64,000 nt of DNA, from assembly GCA_002840365.1 (NCBI GenBank), contig PHAO01000001.1, positions 367,514-431,513 on the forward strand, in the 5' to 3' direction. Origin of the DNA: Candidatus Dojkabacteria bacterium HGW-Dojkabacteria-1 (GTDB lineage Bacteria > Patescibacteriota > Dojkabacteria > SC72). Positions within the stretch are counted from its first letter, which is position 1. Each line of letters opens with the position of its first letter. Shown one piece after another: positions 46,988-57,960 of this stretch. Below the pieces are notes generated by a model that was given only the letters and a program-made list of their open reading frames with translations, did no database searches and was not told the DNA's origin. The position numbers and the translations under genes are program-made.

Positions 46988-47755
46988 TTATACTACAAAA
47001 ATGTTCCAATCTCTAGTATCTGTAAGGATTTCAGGGGTATCTTTTCTAACAATAACCATGTACTCAAACATTACTGCATTACCTCCATTTTTAGTTCTTG
47101 CTGACCAACCATCAGCATCAATCTTTACATCTCCACTATCATCTACAACCTGACACTCAATACAAAGAACCATACCATCTACAAGTAGGGTACCTTTACC
47201 TTTCTTTCCAAAAGCTGGTACATCGGGAAGATCATGCAATGTTTTACCAATGCCATGACCAACAAAAATTCTTAATACATTAAAACCGTTCTCTTTAGCA
47301 ACTCTTTCCATCTCATGTCCAATATCTCCTGTATGATTTCCAACAACAGCGTAGTTGGAAGCACTCTCTACGGCTTCTCTTCCCGCTTTTAGCAATTTCA
47401 AATTTTTGGTATTAGTCTTTCCAACACTCCAAGTCCAACAGTGATCAGTGTACATTCCTTTGTGAACAATACCAAAATCTATTGATACTAAATCACCTTT
47501 CTTTAAAGGAATATCTGTTGGAAGACCATGTACAGCCACATCATTAACAGAGATACATGTATGGTAGTTAAATCCATCAACTCTTTTGAAAGCTGGCTCC
47601 ACATTGTAGCTTCTACACCAATATGCAGCTTTTTGATCTATTTCTAAGGGAGTAATTCCTTCCCTAATTTCTTTTCCTAATTTTTGTAGAATTGAAACAG
47701 AGATATCACATGCCTCTCTTAATATTTTTTCATCTTTTGCTTTAGTTAATATCAT
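46988..47755 (-). CDS. map: Type I methionine aminopeptidase
   Basis: CISVND.AVHG.P, ID.G, D, GHGIG..LH, E ligands. Confidence 0.95.
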   Translation of the reverse strand: MILTKAKDEKILREACDISVSILQKLGKEIREGITPLEIDQKAAYWCRSYNVEPAFKRVDGFNYHTCISVNDVAVHGLPTDIPLKKGDLVSIDFGIVHKGMYTDHCWTWSVGKTNTKNLKLLKAGREAVESASNYAVVGNHTGDIGHEMERVAKENGFNVLRIFVGHGIGKTLHDLPDVPAFGKKGKGTLLVDGMVLCIECQVVDDSGDVKIDADGWSARTKNGGNAVMFEYMVIVRKDTPEILTDTRDWNIFVV

Positions 47756-47785
47756 ACCTAATTATATCTCTAAAACAGAAAGAAA

Positions 47786-48949
47786 TTAAGCTATGATATA
47801 CAATTCTTCTTCAGCCCTAGTTACTGCAGTGTACAACCATCTTCGGAAGGTATCATCATCCATTTTAGGAAATCTTTCTTCAAAGACTACAACCCTTCTT
47901 GCTTGACTCCCCTGCGCCTTATGCACTGTAAGTGCATATCCAAAATCAAAATAGTTAATATCTTCGAGATTCTTTTCTACTAAATCTATAGAGTTAAACT
48001 GTTCGATAGATATTTTTCCCCAAAAAGGAATATCTTCAAAATCAAGAGATATTTCGGATTCATAGTATTTTAATTCCTCCGTTCCTTCCCTAGAAATATC
48101 AAGAATTGTACCTGTCATTCCATTAAATATTTCCATTATTCTGTTGTTTTTTAAACATATTACTCTGTCACCAACTTGAGGATTCGGAGTATCAAAATGT
48201 AAACTACGAATCGCCTTGTTCAAGTTTACTCTTGTTTTGTTGTACCCACATAGAACCATAGTTTCATCGTTGAAGGAATCAAAGATATCATGAATAGTAT
48301 CTTGAGTATCACTTTCTATTTTGTTTAGCTTCTTAACACTTCTAGAAAATTCTTCAAAAGGAATATTTCCATACTTCCTAGCAATTTCAGACACCTTTAT
48401 AATTGGATTATTCAATTCCTGTCTATATATATCTTCCAAGGTTTGTTCAGGTTGACTCATAAGGTTAAAACTACTGTTAACAGGTGGTAATTGCCCATGA
48501 TCTCCTACTGCAAGTATAGGTCTTCCAAAGCTTAATAAGTCTTTCCATATATCTTCGGTAACCATAGAGGCTTCATCAACGACTATTAAATCGTATTTGA
48601 ACTCTTCCTCAGGAATTTTCTCCCAACCAATAATGTTATCTTTGTCATCTACAATAGCTCTGTATATTAATCTATGAATAGTGCCAATAAAATCAGTATT
48701 TTGAAGAGATTTCGTATTTCTTAGTTTTCTGTTTAAAACTCTTGTTGCTTTACCTGTGTAACTACAAAATGCGATTTTGAGTTTTTTGTTTTCCTTATGC
48801 AAAAAATTTGACAAGTATCCTAGGAGAGTAGTCTTACCCGTTCCAGCATAACCCCCCAGTGTGGTATACTGAATCTTAGGCAATTTAAACCAATCTAATA
48901 TATTCTCACTTACTTTAATTTGAGATTTTGATAATTCGAAATCTTTCAT
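47786..48949 (-). CDS. RecD/Dda-like SF1B helicase
   Basis: GYAGTGKTT, TIHRL, DEASM, GDHGQLPPV, YALTVHKAQGSQ, YTAVTRA. Confidence 0.9.
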   Translation of the reverse strand: MKDFELSKSQIKVSENILDWFKLPKIQYTTLGGYAGTGKTTLLGYLSNFLHKENKKLKIAFCSYTGKATRVLNRKLRNTKSLQNTDFIGTIHRLIYRAIVDDKDNIIGWEKIPEEEFKYDLIVVDEASMVTEDIWKDLLSFGRPILAVGDHGQLPPVNSSFNLMSQPEQTLEDIYRQELNNPIIKVSEIARKYGNIPFEEFSRSVKKLNKIESDTQDTIHDIFDSFNDETMVLCGYNKTRVNLNKAIRSLHFDTPNPQVGDRVICLKNNRIMEIFNGMTGTILDISREGTEELKYYESEISLDFEDIPFWGKISIEQFNSIDLVEKNLEDINYFDFGYALTVHKAQGSQARRVVVFEERFPKMDDDTFRRWLYTAVTRAEEELYIIA

Positions 48950-48997
48950 ATAAAAGGATATAGATAATGGATATATAATATTACAATCTTTAGACTA

Positions 48998-50428
48998 ATG
49001 AAAAGTATTCTTACAAAATTCCTTCTAGTCATACTTTTACTCATACCTCTCTTTTCTCTAGATAATATATATGCACAAGAGGAAGTAGTTCAAACAAAAG
49101 TTAATAAATTTGCTGTATATTTTGGAGGTATAGGGTGTCCATACTGTGCAAAAATTTCTTCTACATTACAAAAAAAGGTAAGCGAAGGAGAAATGATAAT
49201 TATGGAATATGAGATATACAAAAACTTAGCAAATTCCCAAGCACTTTCAGAGTATGCAGATTCATATGGATTAAGTTTAGGAATTCCTCAAATTTTATTT
49301 GATAGGGAAAATATAAAATCAGGTGATTCACCAATTTTGAATAATCTCGATCAAATGATTGAATCAGCTCCAGAAGACACAATCTTTTTAGCAAATGGAA
49401 ATTCTATACTATTCGATGATTTAAATCTAAACGATATAAAGAGATATCCAACCTTTTATTCTAAAGATAGAATTGCCGTTAGAAAATCTTTAACAACTCT
49501 ATCTGAGGAACAAAATGCTCAAATAAAGAACTTTATTTCTAATAGTACTGTTGAAGGTGCGATTTCGAATCTAAATGGAAAAAAGGTAAAACCATCAAAA
49601 TTTGATTATTCTGGAGGTTCAATGATTTTTCAAAATGCTATGGAAATTAATGGTTGGTTACTACAGTGGAATGGGGATTCTGTAGATGGAACAGGCAGCA
49701 ATACAAATAGTGATGAAACTGGGAGTACAGCAGCCTCTGTCTCTATCTGGAAAACCATTATGCTCGGTTTAGCAGACTCAGTTAACCCTTGTGCGATATC
49801 TGTATTGGCACTAATGCTTATTGCTATCGTTACATATAATCCAGGAAGTAGAAAACAGGTACTTTTAGCTGGATTCTCCTTTATCCTTGCAGTTGTAATT
49901 ATGTATCTCTTTTATGGATATCTGATTATAACCGCGTTCCAATTTATACAATCAATTGCAACAATTAAGTTGTACATATATAAAGGACTTGGTGTTGTAG
50001 CAATCATTCTTGGTTTGCTTGAACTAAAAGATTACTTTAGATACAAGCCAGGTGGTATTGGAACTGAAATGCCTTTATTCCTAAGACCAAAGGTTAACAA
50101 ATTAATATCAAAGGTAACATCTCCAGTTGGCGCATTTGGTATGGGACTCTTTGTAACCCTTTTCTTACTACCATGTACAATTGGACCATATATCATATTA
50201 GGAGGGTTACTTGCAGATCAGGGCTTTGTTAATGCAATTCCACTTCTGCTTCTTTACAATTTCGTGTTTGTATTACCAATGATTGTGATAACTTTACTTG
50301 TATATTTTGGCTCTAAAAGAGCTGAGGATGTAAAAGATTGGAAAGAGAAGAATGTAAGAAAAATGCACCTTGTTGCAGGTGCATTAATGCTTTTAATTGG
50401 TATATTGATGATATTAGGAATCTTTTAG
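48998..50428 (+). CDS. Thioredoxin/glutaredoxin-like (CPYC) domain fused to a CcdA/DsbD-type TM domain
   Basis: Signal peptide, GCPYC, DSVNPCA, LPCT.GPY, LLLYN. Confidence 0.85.
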   Translation: MKSILTKFLLVILLLIPLFSLDNIYAQEEVVQTKVNKFAVYFGGIGCPYCAKISSTLQKKVSEGEMIIMEYEIYKNLANSQALSEYADSYGLSLGIPQILFDRENIKSGDSPILNNLDQMIESAPEDTIFLANGNSILFDDLNLNDIKRYPTFYSKDRIAVRKSLTTLSEEQNAQIKNFISNSTVEGAISNLNGKKVKPSKFDYSGGSMIFQNAMEINGWLLQWNGDSVDGTGSNTNSDETGSTAASVSIWKTIMLGLADSVNPCAISVLALMLIAIVTYNPGSRKQVLLAGFSFILAVVIMYLFYGYLIITAFQFIQSIATIKLYIYKGLGVVAIILGLLELKDYFRYKPGGIGTEMPLFLRPKVNKLISKVTSPVGAFGMGLFVTLFLLPCTIGPYIILGGLLADQGFVNAIPLLLLYNFVFVLPMIVITLLVYFGSKRAEDVKDWKEKNVRKMHLVAGALMLLIGILMILGIF

Positions 50429-50920
50429 TTACTCAATTTCTAAAAGTTCAACTCTAAATATCAAACCAGAATTCGCAGGGATTCCACCTGTTGAATATGA
50501 ACCATATGCCATTTTTGAGGGTATTTTAAGAATTCTCTCTTCCCCAACCTTCATTCCTACTAATCCTTCCTCCCAACCTTGAATTACACTTCCTTGACCT
50601 AATATAAACTGGAAAGGAACATCCCTATCAAATGAACTATCAAATTTAGAACCATTTATTAAGGTTCCTTCATAATGAACAACTAGTGTATCTCCATCCT
50701 TTGCTTCTGACCCTTCTCCTTCCTTTGTAGTTTCAATATTTAAACTTTCAAAATCTGTCATTTGATTTACCTCCTTTCTTTCTGAATTTTCTCCAATGCT
50801 GTCTCCCCTTAATGACTCAATATCCCTATCTTTTCCTAAGTAAACAAAAATTAAAAAACATGCTACTAATACTACAGGAATAGCGATAAACATGAACTTA
50901 GCACCTTGAGGTATTTCCAT
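50429..50920 (-). CDS. FKBP-type peptidyl-prolyl isomerase, membrane-anchored
   Basis: VHYEGTL..G.KFDSS.DR, VIQGWEEG, IPANS.LIF.VELL. Confidence 0.95.
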   Translation of the reverse strand: MEIPQGAKFMFIAIPVVLVACFLIFVYLGKDRDIESLRGDSIGENSERKEVNQMTDFESLNIETTKEGEGSEAKDGDTLVVHYEGTLINGSKFDSSFDRDVPFQFILGQGSVIQGWEEGLVGMKVGEERILKIPSKMAYGSYSTGGIPANSGLIFRVELLEIE

Positions 50921-51048
50921 AAAAAAGTAATTGAGAATTTAACTCTTTGAATATACCAAGTTCTTTTGCATCGTACAACCATATTTGATTTGTCTATCAA
51001 ATATTCTTGTGATACAATGTTTAACATTAAATTTTTAAATGAAGAGTC

Positions 51049-51471
51049 GTGCCACTTCAAAAACAGATAATACAAAATACCCTCGACCTAATAAAGAATA
51101 TTGAATTAAGATCTTACAAAAAGGGCGAACTCTCCCCTTTGCAACTTAGAACATTAGTTTTCATAAAGGACAAAGGTTGTGTTAAATCTAGTGATTTAGC
51201 AAAGCAGTTTAATGTTACACCTGCAACTATTACAGCTCAAATTGATAAATTAGTAAACAACGGATGGCTAGAGAGGTGTGATGATGGTAATGATAGAAGA
51301 GTAATAAATATTACCTTAACAGAAAAATCTAACAAAGAAGTAGACAAGCTTGTTGATCAAACTGTAAAAAGATATGATTGGGTATTCAAATCATTAACAA
51401 AAGAAGAACAGAAAACATTTCTTAATCTTGTAATAAAGATTAATCAAAACGCTCATAAATCAGAACTTTAA
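51049..51471 (+). CDS. MarR family regulator
   Basis: LSPLQ, LAKQF.VTPATIT..ID.L...GW.ER, DRR..I.LT. Confidence 0.9.
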   Translation: MPLQKQIIQNTLDLIKNIELRSYKKGELSPLQLRTLVFIKDKGCVKSSDLAKQFNVTPATITAQIDKLVNNGWLERCDDGNDRRVINITLTEKSNKEVDKLVDQTVKRYDWVFKSLTKEEQKTFLNLVIKINQNAHKSEL

Positions 51472-51482
51472 CCCCTAGCAAT

Positions 51483-52262
51483 ATGTCAAAAAAAGATACT
51501 CTGTACATTGATACAGAAACAACAGATGTCCAAAGTCAGGATATAATTCAAATCGCATTTATTACAGATAATCCAGATATTTGGATGAATATCTTTCTTA
51601 AACCAAGACAAGAGATTTCATTTGGTGCAATGGCTATTCATAATATTACCCCTGAAATGGTCGAAAACGAAAAATATTTTGAAGATGCAACAGTACCCAA
51701 GGAAGGTAAAGACCCTGAATTTGAAGGTAATTCATTAAAAGAATATATGCAATTTCTTGCAGATAAATATGTTTGGGTTGCACATAATGCAGACTTTGAT
51801 ATTTCAGTACTTGCTAAAAAGGGTATTGAAGTAAGAGATCCAATATGTACGTTAAAAGTAGCAAGAAATGCGCTAACAACCTCTGATGGTCATGATTTAG
51901 AAAGTTACAAATTACAATACCTTAGATACTATCTTGGACTTTACAAAAATGAAAATCAAAATCATATGACAGCCCATGATGCTCTCAGTGATGTCTATTT
52001 CCTTAAAGATTTGTATCTATACCTAAAAAACAATACAAAACTCAGTATTGAAAATATGCAATTAATTACAAAACAACCACAAGTAATGAGAGAAATGTCT
52101 TTTGGTAAATATATGGGTAAAACATTTGAAGAAATAGAGAGAACAGATAGAGAATACTTAGAGTGGTTAGTAGATAGCATGTCAGACAAGCCAGATTTAC
52201 AGTGGAATGCAAAGAAGGCCCTTGATGATGGATTAAGAAGCAGAACTCAATCTCTTTTCTAA
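51483..52262 (+). CDS. DEDDh 3'-5' exonuclease (ExoX-like)
   Basis: DTETT, HNADFD, HDALSD; C-terminal M.FGKY.G....D..YL.WL module. Confidence 0.88.
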   Translation: MSKKDTLYIDTETTDVQSQDIIQIAFITDNPDIWMNIFLKPRQEISFGAMAIHNITPEMVENEKYFEDATVPKEGKDPEFEGNSLKEYMQFLADKYVWVAHNADFDISVLAKKGIEVRDPICTLKVARNALTTSDGHDLESYKLQYLRYYLGLYKNENQNHMTAHDALSDVYFLKDLYLYLKNNTKLSIENMQLITKQPQVMREMSFGKYMGKTFEEIERTDREYLEWLVDSMSDKPDLQWNAKKALDDGLRSRTQSLF

Positions 52263-53186
52263 TTCGTCTCCAAGCACTTTTAAATCTTCATTCCTAAAAG
52301 AGGAAACTAAAACAAAGTCTTTAAAATCTTTACTTAATACTTTCTTTTTTTCTTCTAATTCATCTAAACTTAAGATATCAGCTTTTGTAAAGACAATGAA
52401 TTCTGGTAAATATGCTAATTCTTTAGATATTTTCTCAAATTCATTTCTCATTTGTTTGTACACATTTAGAATATTTTCATTTTCTAAACTAATACAATGA
52501 ACAAGAAGTCTAGAATATTTTGTATGTTTTAAAAATTTCGTTCCCAATCCTTTACCTTTGTATGTACCTTCAATTAATCCTGGTAAATCCATTAATACAA
52601 ATCTCCCCATTATCGCAAGCTGAGGATCAAGTGTAGTAAATTCATATGATGCAACCTTGTATTTAGCGTTGGTTAGACCATTAATAAGGCTTGATTTTCC
52701 AGCATTAGGCAAACCAAGAAAGATAGCGTCGGCTCTGAGATTCAATTCTAATTTTAATCTCTTCTCTTCCCCTTTTTGAGCTCTTTTTCTCGAAAGTTTT
52801 CCATCCCATCCCTCTCCCCTAAGTTGAAAATTACCTAATCCTCCCTCTCCACCAGTTAATATCTTTACCCTATCGCCTTTGTTTAAGATTTTAACAATCT
52901 CTGAACCATCCTCATTGAAAATTTTAGTAACTAAAGGAACAAAGATAGTTAGATCTTTACCATTCTTTCCATTTCTTTTGTTTTTTTCACCTCTAAAACC
53001 ATCTTCTGCTTTTAAAAAAGAATTCTTTTCTAGATGAGATAAATCAAAGTAATTTGTACTACCTTCAATATATACATCTCCTCCTTTACCACCATTACCC
53101 CCATCTGCTTTTCTACGGTTATCAAATGCGATAATGCCTTCTCCACCATTACCAGATTGGATTTTAATTTGTATTATATCTTTCAT
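52233..53186 (-). CDS. obgE: Obg GTPase (no C-terminal extension)
   Basis: Gly-rich SGNGG/DGGNGGKGG, GLPNAGKSS, FTTL.P, DLPGLIEG, TKAD. ATG at 53186 (or 53192) preferred over the track start. Confidence 0.93.
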   Translation of the reverse strand: MKDIIQIKIQSGNGGEGIIAFDNRRKADGGNGGKGGDVYIEGSTNYFDLSHLEKNSFLKAEDGFRGEKNKRNGKNGKDLTIFVPLVTKIFNEDGSEIVKILNKGDRVKILTGGEGGLGNFQLRGEGWDGKLSRKRAQKGEEKRLKLELNLRADAIFLGLPNAGKSSLINGLTNAKYKVASYEFTTLDPQLAIMGRFVLMDLPGLIEGTYKGKGLGTKFLKHTKYSRLLVHCISLENENILNVYKQMRNEFEKISKELAYLPEFIVFTKADILSLDELEEKKKVLSKDFKDFVLVSSFRNEDLKVLGDELEKRLSSAS

Positions 53187-53288
53187 AACCATATATTCTA
53201 CATTACAAAGGTACTTTTGTAACCTTTTGACAATACAAATGTGTAGTGATACTCTAAATGTATACGTAATATTCCAAAGAACATTTAG

Positions 53289-54989
53289 ATGAAAAAAAGA
53301 TTTGCAGTTAAATTCACAGGTCAATCAGGACAAGGTATAAACACATTAGGCGAAATATTAGCAAAAGGAATTAAAAATAGTGGTTACAATATATTTGCAA
53401 GTAGGGAATACCCATCGATAATTAAGGGCGGATATGCTGCATATCAAATAGATTTTTCTGATGAAGAAGTATTAGCCTCATCTAAATATTCCCATATTTT
53501 GGCCTCACTAGCAGAAGAAGCTCTTCATAAATACACTCCTTTTGTAAATCCAAAAGGCATCATTGTTCATTCTTTGAAGGATTTCCAATTTAGTAAAGAA
53601 GAAAGTAAATATATTGAAGAAAATAAGATACAGGTTGTTCATATAGATACAAAACAGATTGCTTTAGATAACAAAGCTCCAGAAATTATGGCAAATGTTG
53701 TTCTACTTGGATATATATGGAAGCTTTTGGACTTAGATATAAAGATTATTGAAAAATTACTAAGAAAAATCTTTGCAAAGAAGAACATTGATATGGATGC
53801 TGAGATAAGATGTCTAATGGCTGGATATAATATTGATAAACCAAAAGATTTTAGTATAGATAAAAGCCAATTAAAAATTAAAAGAAACTGGAATAAGTCA
53901 AAGGTATTAACTGGAAATGATGCAATAGGACTTGGGGCAATCTCTGCTGGTTGTAGGACATACTTCGGATACCCTATGACTCCTTCAACAACAATATTAG
54001 AAATGCTGGGTAATACTTACAAAGAAACAGGTATGTTAGTAAAACAGGCAGAAAGTGAAATAACCGCTGCTCAACTAGTCATGGGAAGTATGTATATGGG
54101 CACAAGAGCTTTTACAGCTACTTCTGGTGGAGGATTTGATTTAATGACAGAAACTCTTTCTTGTGCTGGTATGACAGAAACTCCATTTGTTGTTGTTCTT
54201 GGACAAAGATCTGGTTCTGGTACGGGAGTTCCAACATGGACAGGAGCAGGGGACTTAAATGTAGCGCTTGGTGCCGGCCATGGTGAATTCCCGAGATGTG
54301 TAATAGCAACGAGTGATGTAAAAGATTCCTATGAATTAATTCAAAAGGCATTTAATATTGCAGATGTCTATCAAATTCCAGTAATTGTACTAACTGAAAA
54401 ACAAAATGCAGAATCCATGTTTAATATCTCTAATTTAAGTAAACCATTAAAGATTGAAAGAGGATTAAGAAGTGGTAAAAATAGATATGAAATTACAGAA
54501 AGTGGAATATCACCAAGATGGATACCAGAGAGTGCAAAGCCTACTTACCTTGTAAACAGCGATGAACACTCTGAAGATGGAATAAGTACAGAAGATCCAC
54601 AAACAATAACAGAAATGAATGAAAAGAGAATGAGAAAATTGTTAACCCTAAGAAAGGAACTACCCGAGCCAGTATATTATGGACCTAAAGATGCAGAAAC
54701 AGTATTTATAGGAATGGGAACAACAAAAAATGCTGTATTAGATGCAGTGAAAGAAACTGATAAAAAGATTGGATACTTACACTATCAGTACATATATCCA
54801 TTGAAATTTGAAAAGATTTTAGAAATATATGAAGAAGGAAGTCGGGTTATCCTTATCGAAAACAACCAGAGTGGAGAATTTGGAAACTTAGTTAAAAGAG
54901 AATGTAATTTTGAATTTCCTGAAAAACTTCTTAAGTTTGATTCAAGACCATTCTTTGTTGAAGACATATTAGATTTTTTAGAGAAGTAA
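53289..54989 (+). CDS. 2-oxoacid:ferredoxin oxidoreductase alpha (gamma-alpha fusion)
   Basis: G.SGQG, YPMTPST, QAESEI, ATSGGG..LM.E, HGEFPR. Confidence 0.93.
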   Translation: MKKRFAVKFTGQSGQGINTLGEILAKGIKNSGYNIFASREYPSIIKGGYAAYQIDFSDEEVLASSKYSHILASLAEEALHKYTPFVNPKGIIVHSLKDFQFSKEESKYIEENKIQVVHIDTKQIALDNKAPEIMANVVLLGYIWKLLDLDIKIIEKLLRKIFAKKNIDMDAEIRCLMAGYNIDKPKDFSIDKSQLKIKRNWNKSKVLTGNDAIGLGAISAGCRTYFGYPMTPSTTILEMLGNTYKETGMLVKQAESEITAAQLVMGSMYMGTRAFTATSGGGFDLMTETLSCAGMTETPFVVVLGQRSGSGTGVPTWTGAGDLNVALGAGHGEFPRCVIATSDVKDSYELIQKAFNIADVYQIPVIVLTEKQNAESMFNISNLSKPLKIERGLRSGKNRYEITESGISPRWIPESAKPTYLVNSDEHSEDGISTEDPQTITEMNEKRMRKLLTLRKELPEPVYYGPKDAETVFIGMGTTKNAVLDAVKETDKKIGYLHYQYIYPLKFEKILEIYEEGSRVILIENNQSGEFGNLVKRECNFEFPEKLLKFDSRPFFVEDILDFLEK

Positions 54990-54990
54990 T

Positions 54991-55842
54991 ATGGCATTAA
55001 AAATTGAAGATTACAATACAAACGTAAGAAACACTTGGTGTCCAGGATGTGGAAATTTCGGTATTCATATGGCTTTAAAACAGGCCCTTGTAGACCTTAA
55101 AAAAACACCTAGTGATATTGTTTTAACATTTGATATTGGATGTAATGGTAATGGGGTGGATGATATTGAGGGTTTTAGATTTAAAGGACTGCATGGTAGA
55201 TCTATACCACTTGCTGTTGGTGCACATCTGGCAAACAGAAAAATGACAGTTATATCTGATATTGGTGATGGAGGTTTATTACATGAAGGTGTTGATCATT
55301 TAATACATGCCATACGCTCAAATTACGATATTACATTACTAATTCATAATAATCAGAATTTTGCATTAACTACTGGTCAGGCAACATCAACAACAAAAGA
55401 AGAGAAGCCTATGTATGCATTTCCTGATGGAAAAGCTGAAGGAAGTATAAATATTGGAGAATTAGTACTAAGTCTTAATCCAACATTCTTTGCAAGAGGT
55501 TACTCAGGAGAGCCACAACAACTAGCAGATATAATTAAGGAAGGAATTAAACATAAGGGTTTTAGTGTAATTGAAATCATGCAAGTGTGCCCTACATATA
55601 CTCCAGAAAGTAATCACGAGTGGTTTAAAGAAAGAATTAAAGAAACAGAAAGGAAAGCAACTATAAGCGAGGCTGTTAAATGTGTTAAAGACATGGATAT
55701 CATATATACAGGTGTCATATATCAAAACAAAAATCTTTTAGACTACTACTCTAGACTTGAAAATCGAAAAGGAAAGAAAACAGAGCTAGTAAACGAAGTA
55801 AAGAATATTGATATCAAAGGAATCTTAAATATATTCGAATAG
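54991..55842 (+). CDS. 2-oxoacid:ferredoxin oxidoreductase beta
   Basis: WCPGCG, DIGC, LHGR, TPP motif GDGG..NN, LTTGQ. Confidence 0.93.
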   Translation: MALKIEDYNTNVRNTWCPGCGNFGIHMALKQALVDLKKTPSDIVLTFDIGCNGNGVDDIEGFRFKGLHGRSIPLAVGAHLANRKMTVISDIGDGGLLHEGVDHLIHAIRSNYDITLLIHNNQNFALTTGQATSTTKEEKPMYAFPDGKAEGSINIGELVLSLNPTFFARGYSGEPQQLADIIKEGIKHKGFSVIEIMQVCPTYTPESNHEWFKERIKETERKATISEAVKCVKDMDIIYTGVIYQNKNLLDYYSRLENRKGKKTELVNEVKNIDIKGILNIFE

Positions 55843-55846
55843 AGAA

Positions 55847-57955
55847 ATGATTAAAGAAAATACACTTTCTCCAAAAAGTATAGCAATTGTTGGAGCTTCA
55901 CAGGATAAAGAAAAAATTGGAAATGTAATACTTAGAAATCTCATCACAGGAGGATATAATGGAAAAATCTACCCAATTAATCCTAAATATAAGGAAGTTG
56001 AAGGGAAAGAATGTTTCCCAGACATTTTGAGTATCAGAGATAGTATTGAGATGGTATGTATTGTCGTACCATCCCAATTTGTAAATGCAATTATAGATCA
56101 ATGTATTCAGAAGAAAACACAAACAGTAGTCATTATTTCAGCTGGTTTTAAAGAAATTGGAGAAGAAGGTAAAGAACTAGAAAATGAAATAGTAAATAAA
56201 TTAAAAAGTGCTGGAATACGGTTAATAGGTCCAAACAGTCTTGGCTTTATTAATAACAATGCAAACATCAACCTTTCTTTTGCAAGAACAAACCCTGGAG
56301 AAGGAACCACCGCCTTTATCTCTCAATCTGGAGCCTTTGCTACAGCTATTTTAGACATGGCATCTAAAGATAATGTTGGTTTTTCTAAAATAATATCAAT
56401 TGGTAACAAGGGAGATATACATGAGAATGAATTAATTGAATATTTTCAAAAAGACAGTGATACCCACTCTATAGCAATGTATTTAGAAGAGTTCTCTGAT
56501 GGCAAAGACTTCATAGAAATTGCACAAAAGATAGATAAGTCAATTGTAATAATAGCACCAGGTAGCTCTCAGAAAGGTACAGAAGCAATTTCTTCTCATA
56601 CTGGATCTCTTGCAAAATCATATGATGTTACCCTTGCTGCTATTAAAAAAGGAAATCTAATAAAGGTAGAAAGCTCAGAGGAAATGTTTGACACTCTCAA
56701 AGTAATTGCTACTAAGAAGCTCCCTAAGGGTAGAAATGTAGCAATAATTACTAATGCAGGAGGCCCTGGCATTATGGCAACGGACTTTGTTGAACAATTT
56801 GGTCTGAATATGGCAAATATTGGTGACAAAAGTAAAGAAAAATTAAAGAAAGATTTACCTATATTTGCAAATATAAATAACCCAATTGATATTCTTGGAG
56901 ATGCACTACTTGATAGATATGAAAAGGCAATAAAAGTAGCACTAGATGACGTAAATGTTGATACACTTTTAGTAATCCTCACTCCCCAATTGGTTACTGA
57001 TATTACTGGTGTAGCTAAAACTATAGCTGATATTCAAAAACAAACCTCAAAACCAATATTCTCATGTTTTCTTGGTGGTAAAGATATTGAAGATGGAAAT
57101 AAAATATTAAGAGCGTATGGTTTGTATTTTTCAAACAATATTGAAGATACTGTTAAACTTATTGGGAAGTTAACAAACTATGTAATTAATGAGACTACAT
57201 ATTCTATAAGGGATACATCTACTCTAAAGGCAAAGGGTAAGTATTTAAAGGAGATTGAGGAAGTAATCACAGAAGAATTAGAGGTTTTGGACGATGATAT
57301 TGTCTTTAAAATTGCCAAAGAATTCGCATTAGATTTACCCAACCAAATTATTACCTCTAATATAGATGAAGCAATAGAATTCTCATCTAAAAACTTCCCA
57401 GTGGCAATTAAAGCAACTTCGAAAGATTTAGCACACAAAACAGATTTTAAAGGATTATTCTTAGATATTAGAACTGTATCTGAGCTGCAAAATAAATTTA
57501 TAGAATTAACTGAAAATATCGAAAAGGTTACTGGTAAGAATACCCCAGAAATCCTTATACAGGAAATGTTTGAACCAAAAGCAGAATTTTTTATTGGTGC
57601 AAACAGAGAAGGGGAAGTGAATATTTATGAACCAAAGGGTTTTGGATTTGGACATTTAATTGCAATTGGCCAAGGAGGTATATATACAGAGGTACACAAA
57701 GATATTGAACACTTTCTTGTACCTGAGACATTAAAGAATATTAGAGAGTCTCTAGATAGAACTAAGATATCAAAAATTATAGATGGATACAGAGGGAAAT
57801 CACCACTAGCAAAAGAAGCTTTAATCGAAACAATAGACAAGATACAGAGTATCTTGGTAACCTATCCTGAGATATATACATTAGATATTAACCCTGTTAT
57901 TCTTACTGAAGAACGTGCAGTAGTAGTTGATATAAAAGTTTATATTAAAAAATAA
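55847..57955 (+). CDS. ADP-forming acetate-CoA ligase (alpha-beta fusion)
   Basis: SIAIVGAS, GPNSLG, SQSGA, SHTG, TNAGGPG, NPIDILGDA, HKTD, DINP. Confidence 0.93.
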   Translation: MIKENTLSPKSIAIVGASQDKEKIGNVILRNLITGGYNGKIYPINPKYKEVEGKECFPDILSIRDSIEMVCIVVPSQFVNAIIDQCIQKKTQTVVIISAGFKEIGEEGKELENEIVNKLKSAGIRLIGPNSLGFINNNANINLSFARTNPGEGTTAFISQSGAFATAILDMASKDNVGFSKIISIGNKGDIHENELIEYFQKDSDTHSIAMYLEEFSDGKDFIEIAQKIDKSIVIIAPGSSQKGTEAISSHTGSLAKSYDVTLAAIKKGNLIKVESSEEMFDTLKVIATKKLPKGRNVAIITNAGGPGIMATDFVEQFGLNMANIGDKSKEKLKKDLPIFANINNPIDILGDALLDRYEKAIKVALDDVNVDTLLVILTPQLVTDITGVAKTIADIQKQTSKPIFSCFLGGKDIEDGNKILRAYGLYFSNNIEDTVKLIGKLTNYVINETTYSIRDTSTLKAKGKYLKEIEEVITEELEVLDDDIVFKIAKEFALDLPNQIITSNIDEAIEFSSKNFPVAIKATSKDLAHKTDFKGLFLDIRTVSELQNKFIELTENIEKVTGKNTPEILIQEMFEPKAEFFIGANREGEVNIYEPKGFGFGHLIAIGQGGIYTEVHKDIEHFLVPETLKNIRESLDRTKISKIIDGYRGKSPLAKEALIETIDKIQSILVTYPEIYTLDINPVILTEERAVVVDIKVYIKK

Positions 57956-57960
57956 TAGAC

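Noticed and set aside
53187-53324. N-terminal extensions from the ORF track (obg; similarly 45686..45745 and rplS 8377..8406)
   Set aside because: Family homology, SD or lipobox position point to downstream ATGs; the obg extension overlaps the divergent OFOR gene.
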